22,514 nucleotides of DNA from Candidatus Baldrarchaeota archaeon (GTDB taxonomy: Archaea > Asgardarchaeota > Baldrarchaeia > Baldrarchaeales > DXJG01). The position numbers and the translations under genes are program-made. The first letter of the stretch is position 1; each line of letters opens with the position of its first letter. The stretch covers positions 1 to 22,514 of the forward strand of contig DXJG01000008.1 of NCBI GenBank assembly GCA_019056805.1, given 5' to 3'. Positions 18,653 through 22,514 of this stretch are shown one piece after another. Below the pieces are notes generated by a model. That model had not been told where the DNA came from and made no database searches. It saw only the letters and a program-made list of their open reading frames with translations.

Positions 18653-18883
18653 TTGAAACCCGATAGAAAACTCGATCTAAGAGGTGAAGTATGTCCTTAT
18701 CCTGTTATCTACACCCTTAAAGAACTGGACAAAATGAAAAGCGGAGAAATACTGGAAGTAATTACAGACCATCTTCCAGCAACAGAAAACGTACCAGCTG
18801 CAGTGAAGAAAAAGGGACACGAAGTACTGGAATTGAGTAAAATTTCTGTCGGCACATTTAGAATACTAGTCAAAAAGAGGTGA
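18653..18883 (+). CDS. TusA/SirA/YedF-family sulfur (or selenium) carrier
   Basis: LDLRGEVCPYP motif with the persulfide Cys; GEILEVITD. TTG 18653 follows GAGGTGA (ORF track start 18632). Confidence 0.92.
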   Translation: MKPDRKLDLRGEVCPYPVIYTLKELDKMKSGEILEVITDHLPATENVPAAVKKKGHEVLELSKISVGTFRILVKKR

Positions 18884-20286
18884 AAATAGTGGTTACTGAA
18901 ATACTCGAATACTACAAGAGCTTAGGAATTAACGTATTCAGTCTTGCATGTGGATGTGCAGTGAAAGTCGATTTAAAAGATGTAGTTTATCCAGCTCTAG
19001 AAAAAATTAAACCCGAACTTGAAAAATTAGGAATAATCCTTAATCCTAGGGAAGACGCTGACATCTTTGAACGAACAGAAGAAATACACGTATTTAGAAA
19101 AATATACAATTTAAATACACCTGTGATTGACGACCTAGACTTTATACCGGATAGAGCAGTAGCAGTTTTCTCCGTTGAACAAAGAAACGCATTTGACCCT
19201 GAAACCTTTGCACAGAAACTATTATCGGTTTATGCGAAACTAGCAAACAAGGTAGACAGATTAATCATTGGAAAGGGACATTCCATAATCGGTGCAAAGT
19301 CTCCAGAACAGGAAATAGCGGTTCTCGACTTCATACGTATTGAAGGTAAAAGTATTGAAGGGTACACCCTAGCAAATAATTGTACTGTAAGAATTTTGGA
19401 TCCTACTGATAAACCGGGTTCATCTCTCCAAGTAGAAGCTATTCTAAGCAATTCTTTAAACGATCTATTTTCTCTCGGAGTAACAGAGAATATAAGGATC
19501 TGTCCATTGTTTGACATGCCAACTAATGAACTTCTAAATGAAGCTGAAAATAACATCGGTAACTTCTGCAAAAAATATAATTTCAATCTACAAATGACTA
19601 GGCCATTAGGCTATGGTGACATTATGATGGGAGCTACGGTTATAGGTGAAACATCAAAGGAAATTCCTGCATTCAAAGACAAAATACGTAAAGGAGACAA
19701 AATCCTGATTCATAGACCAATAGGAGACCTAGCACCCATAAACCTATATTTGGCGGCTTTAATCCATGGTGAAGAATACGTCAACTCCCTAGGATTTTCG
19801 TTGAAAGAACTTGAAAAAGCTAAAAATATGGTTTTAAATGTCATGAGAAAACCGAACATACAAGTCGCTAAGGTGATTAGTAAATATTGTCCCGAATTCG
19901 GTGAGAAATTTAACGATTCAGAGCACATAAAAGAAACAACAGATATTTCAGGACCAGGGATCTATGTCTTCAAGGAAATAGCTGAAGCAGCTAATGTAGA
20001 TATGAGAATCGAAAAAATACCATTAATGAATGAGGAAATCGTGAGAACAACTGTTAGAGAATTTTTAATGCCTAACGGAACGACAGGTACCAATGGTGCA
20101 ATAGCTATCATCGCTTCAGAAGAAGTAATTGAAAGCATATACCATGATCTTAGAAAGCAAGGATATAGACCTGAAATAATCGGAACTATATTAGGGAAGG
20201 GAAGAGGAAGAGTTCTAATTCCTGAAAATGTCAGGGAACTCATGTCATCTAAAAGTTTACTAGATGAATTCGAAGTTATAAATTGA
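18880..20286 (+). CDS. SelD-like (selenophosphate-synthetase-related, archaeal subfamily)
   Basis: GINVFSLACGCAVKVDL (C-x-x-K), REDAD, SNSLNDLFSLG, TTDISGPG, PurM/AIRS-type C-terminus. About 120 aa longer than canonical SelD. Alternative start GTG 18889. Confidence 0.82.
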   Translation: MKIVVTEILEYYKSLGINVFSLACGCAVKVDLKDVVYPALEKIKPELEKLGIILNPREDADIFERTEEIHVFRKIYNLNTPVIDDLDFIPDRAVAVFSVEQRNAFDPETFAQKLLSVYAKLANKVDRLIIGKGHSIIGAKSPEQEIAVLDFIRIEGKSIEGYTLANNCTVRILDPTDKPGSSLQVEAILSNSLNDLFSLGVTENIRICPLFDMPTNELLNEAENNIGNFCKKYNFNLQMTRPLGYGDIMMGATVIGETSKEIPAFKDKIRKGDKILIHRPIGDLAPINLYLAALIHGEEYVNSLGFSLKELEKAKNMVLNVMRKPNIQVAKVISKYCPEFGEKFNDSEHIKETTDISGPGIYVFKEIAEAANVDMRIEKIPLMNEEIVRTTVREFLMPNGTTGTNGAIAIIASEEVIESIYHDLRKQGYRPEIIGTILGKGRGRVLIPENVRELMSSKSLLDEFEVIN

Positions 20287-20453
20287 ACCAACAAATCCGA
20301 CAAGATCTTAACCATCTCATTAAGGGAACCATCCTTGAGTTAATCGGAAAAACACCAATCGAGAGGAATAATGGACGAGGGGTAATTGTTACAATATTTT
20401 TCGATGAGATTGAAAGGCGCTTAAGTACCGAAGTTTTGGAGGAAATTAAATGA
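20283..20453 (+). pseudogene. 56-codon internally deleted cysteine synthase (CysK/CysM)-like remnant
   Basis: TTG 20283 to TGA 20453 reads MNQQIRQDLNHLIKGTILELIGKTPIERNNGRGVIVTIFFDEIERRLSTEVLEEIK. ILELIGKTP resembles the CysK N-terminus (ILELIGNTP); GVIVTIFFDEIERRLST resembles its C-terminus (IVTIFPDxGERYLST). TTGA and ATGA overlaps at the two ends. Confidence 0.62.
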
Positions 20454-21271
20454 AACTTCCTAAAATGAACTACCATATTCATACAATATTCAGCGATGGG
20501 AAAAACGAGCCATCAGACTATGTTGAACGGGCCATAGCTATTAAAATAGATGAAATAGGATTTTCTGACCATCTCATAATCCTAGAAAATCTAAAACCAT
20601 CTAAAAACTCAATGGAACCTAGAAAACTAGATCTTTATATCGAAGAAATAAATGAAATTAAAGAGGAATATAAAGGCAAAATAGAGATAAAATGTGGCTT
20701 GGAAGTAGATTACATTCCGCAGTCATTCAAATACACCTTAAAACTACTAAACGAATACGATTTTGACTTTCTTATTTTATCCGTACATAGAATTGGAAAA
20801 TTCCATATTGATAGTCAAAAATCAAGAAAAATATGGAAAAAACTAAGTTTAAACGAAATTAGGAAAGTTTATTCAAGCTACTTCAAAATTTTACAAGAAG
20901 GTGCCAAAACAGGAACATTCGATATCGTTGCTCACTTTGACATAGTGAAAAAATTCGGATATAAACCAGATTCATTACCAATTAATCAAATAGAAGAATT
21001 AATTGAAACGATTAACTCCTATGAAATGGCTGTAGAAATAAACTCCGCAGGTCTAAGACACCCCGTCAAAGAAATTTATCCCGCCGAAGAAATAATAAGC
21101 ATTCTAATTAAATACAAAACTCCACTAACTTTAGGAACAGATGCTCACATCCTAGAACATCTGAACTATGGTTTAGATAAGATAATTAATATTCTAAGAA
21201 AAAAACATTACTCCTTTTCAGATAAACTTAAAAGAAACAATCTAACCATTTTTTCACATCCAACCAAGTAA
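20450..21271 (+). CDS. PHP-domain phosphatase, histidinol-phosphatase HisJ family
   Basis: YHIHT..SDG, FSDH, GLEVDY, LSVH, DIVAHFD, EINSAG, TLGTDAH. Confidence 0.88.
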   Translation: MKLPKMNYHIHTIFSDGKNEPSDYVERAIAIKIDEIGFSDHLIILENLKPSKNSMEPRKLDLYIEEINEIKEEYKGKIEIKCGLEVDYIPQSFKYTLKLLNEYDFDFLILSVHRIGKFHIDSQKSRKIWKKLSLNEIRKVYSSYFKILQEGAKTGTFDIVAHFDIVKKFGYKPDSLPINQIEELIETINSYEMAVEINSAGLRHPVKEIYPAEEIISILIKYKTPLTLGTDAHILEHLNYGLDKIINILRKKHYSFSDKLKRNNLTIFSHPTK

Positions 21272-21371
21272 GCAAAGCATCAAAATTAAATCATATTTAA
21301 GGGACAAAACATTAATTTTAGATGAAATTGTAGTTTATCTAAGGGACACTGGTCTCTAGGAGGAGGGTTTC

Positions 21372-22310
21372 ATGACCAAGATTTTCAGAGTAAAATTTGA
21401 ATACTACCTTGTAGCTATGGGCTTCATTATCCAAATTATAAGTTTATTCTTTCCTCTCTACGAATATTATACCTCCTCACCCTACGTTGGAACTGGTCCT
21501 TTCCGTAAAATAACTCTGGTATATGAAAGCCCACTTAACTTACTCATTCCACTCAGCTTTATTTTGCTGGTATATTCTGTATATAAAGACGATCTGCGAA
21601 TTAGATGTTATTCAGCGATTTTCTCGTTTACATTTCTATTAGAATTCTACATCCTTCTCATTAAAGGAACAGCTATTCCCTTCCCAACAGACGAGCTCCC
21701 TACATCTGGCGAATACCTTATCCTTCTCCCTGGAATATATGCATATACCGCTGGATTCTTACTCATTTTATTCTCACTATTAGTCTCCATCTCAGAAAGG
21801 TCTTTCACCATTAAAGCCATTATTCAAAACAAAATCGACATACTCGGCCTTCTGCTATTCATATCTCTAATTTCATTTTACTCGATTGAGGTAGGAACGG
21901 CATCCATAGTTTTCTCGTATTTGGAGAAATTTTTTATCCAATATGAAATTCTTTTTTGGCTTTTTTATTCTGGCACGATTTCACCTATGATACTCATCCT
22001 TCTTTTCATCTTTGACCTCATATTAACATTTAAACTCGGTCAGAAGTCTTTACTTGACATAAAATCCCTTTTCAGTGTTGAACAGGTTAAGAAATCCTTT
22101 ACATGGTTTATCTGGGCCGTTGCTGCAATATCCTACATTGAATGCGATAGACTAAGATGGTATTTTTATCCTCCATTTGGACTCATACGTCTTGCTGCTT
22201 TCTGGTTATTATTGATAGGTTGGTCAGGAGGATGCTCTTTATTCGTAATGGACATCATAGTGAATATGATTATTTACTTCAAATTGGCTAAACAGATCAG
22301 AGAAAACTAA
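21372..22310 (+). CDS. Hypothetical polytopic membrane protein
   Basis: 312-aa ORF with about 8 hydrophobic segments and a strong GGAGGAGGG SD. No family recognised. Confidence 0.7.
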   Translation: MTKIFRVKFEYYLVAMGFIIQIISLFFPLYEYYTSSPYVGTGPFRKITLVYESPLNLLIPLSFILLVYSVYKDDLRIRCYSAIFSFTFLLEFYILLIKGTAIPFPTDELPTSGEYLILLPGIYAYTAGFLLILFSLLVSISERSFTIKAIIQNKIDILGLLLFISLISFYSIEVGTASIVFSYLEKFFIQYEILFWLFYSGTISPMILILLFIFDLILTFKLGQKSLLDIKSLFSVEQVKKSFTWFIWAVAAISYIECDRLRWYFYPPFGLIRLAAFWLLLIGWSGGCSLFVMDIIVNMIIYFKLAKQIREN

Positions 22311-22435
22311 TAATTTTGGCAAAAATCCCTTGGATTGATATACTAAGCCTTTATTTTTATATAATAACTTTTTAAGTTTCTGAGAAGAGACACGAGTACA
22401 AATTTAGAGTTGATTACGATGGTCGTGAAAGAGAC

Positions 22436-22514
22436 ATTTTTTTAATTTTTTTTTTTTTAAGTTCCTCTCATTTTTTTTTTTTTATATATTCTTTTTTTTT
22501 TTTTTTTTTTTTTT
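22436..22514. repeat. Poly-T low-complexity tail, probably a contig-end artifact
   Basis: Several long T runs continue to the last base, unlike the composition elsewhere in the window. Confidence 0.6.

Noticed and set aside
18880-20286. Calling this canonical selenophosphate synthetase selD
   Set aside because: Its length, insertion and N-terminal motif fit the divergent archaeal SelD-like family; no Sec or SelU genes are in the window.
18051-20453. All genes of the S/Se operon end in TGA: possible selenocysteine readthrough
   Set aside because: The TGAs are explained by ATGA/GTGA/TTGA overlaps and GAGGTGA SD motifs. For the first three genes readthrough meets another stop within 1-3 codons, none of the TGAs is at a catalytic Cys position, and I saw no SECIS-like hairpin.
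20276-20482. 68-aa minus-strand ORF in the track across the SelD-like/PHP gap
   Set aside because: It overlaps both flanking genes in antisense; the plus-strand 56-codon coupled ORF explains the interval better.

Overview
AT-rich archaeal DNA (TATA/BRE-like promoters, GGAGG/GGTGA Shine-Dalgarno sites, Lrp/AsnC regulator, form III RuBisCO); the lineage cannot be fixed from this window. There are two main modules. (1) 1-17250 is a sugar/pentose-to-RuBisCO cluster. It contains the 3' end of a ribose-1,5-bisphosphate isomerase (R15Pi) paralog missed by the ORF track, a PRPP-synthetase-family gene, an intact R15Pi, a catalytically complete form III RuBisCO and an Lrp regulator. These are followed by an FGGY kinase, an FSA/transaldolase-family aldolase with an unusual active site, an Ig-like surface protein, a carbohydrate ABC importer, a Zn polyol-type dehydrogenase, two PfkB kinases, ribose pyranase RbsD and a stand-alone hexulose-phosphate isomerase. 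A GACAWTGTC-like palindrome recurs upstream of several of these units. (2) 17530-21271 is a translationally coupled sulfur/selenium operon: split YedE, YedF/TusA, SelD-like protein, a hidden 56-codon ORF that looks like a cysteine synthase with its middle deleted, and a PHP phosphatase. An unknown membrane protein and a poly-T tail (probably a contig-end artifact) close the window. I saw no tRNA, rRNA, CRISPR array or mobile element. All family calls come from motif recognition by eye, not from database searches.
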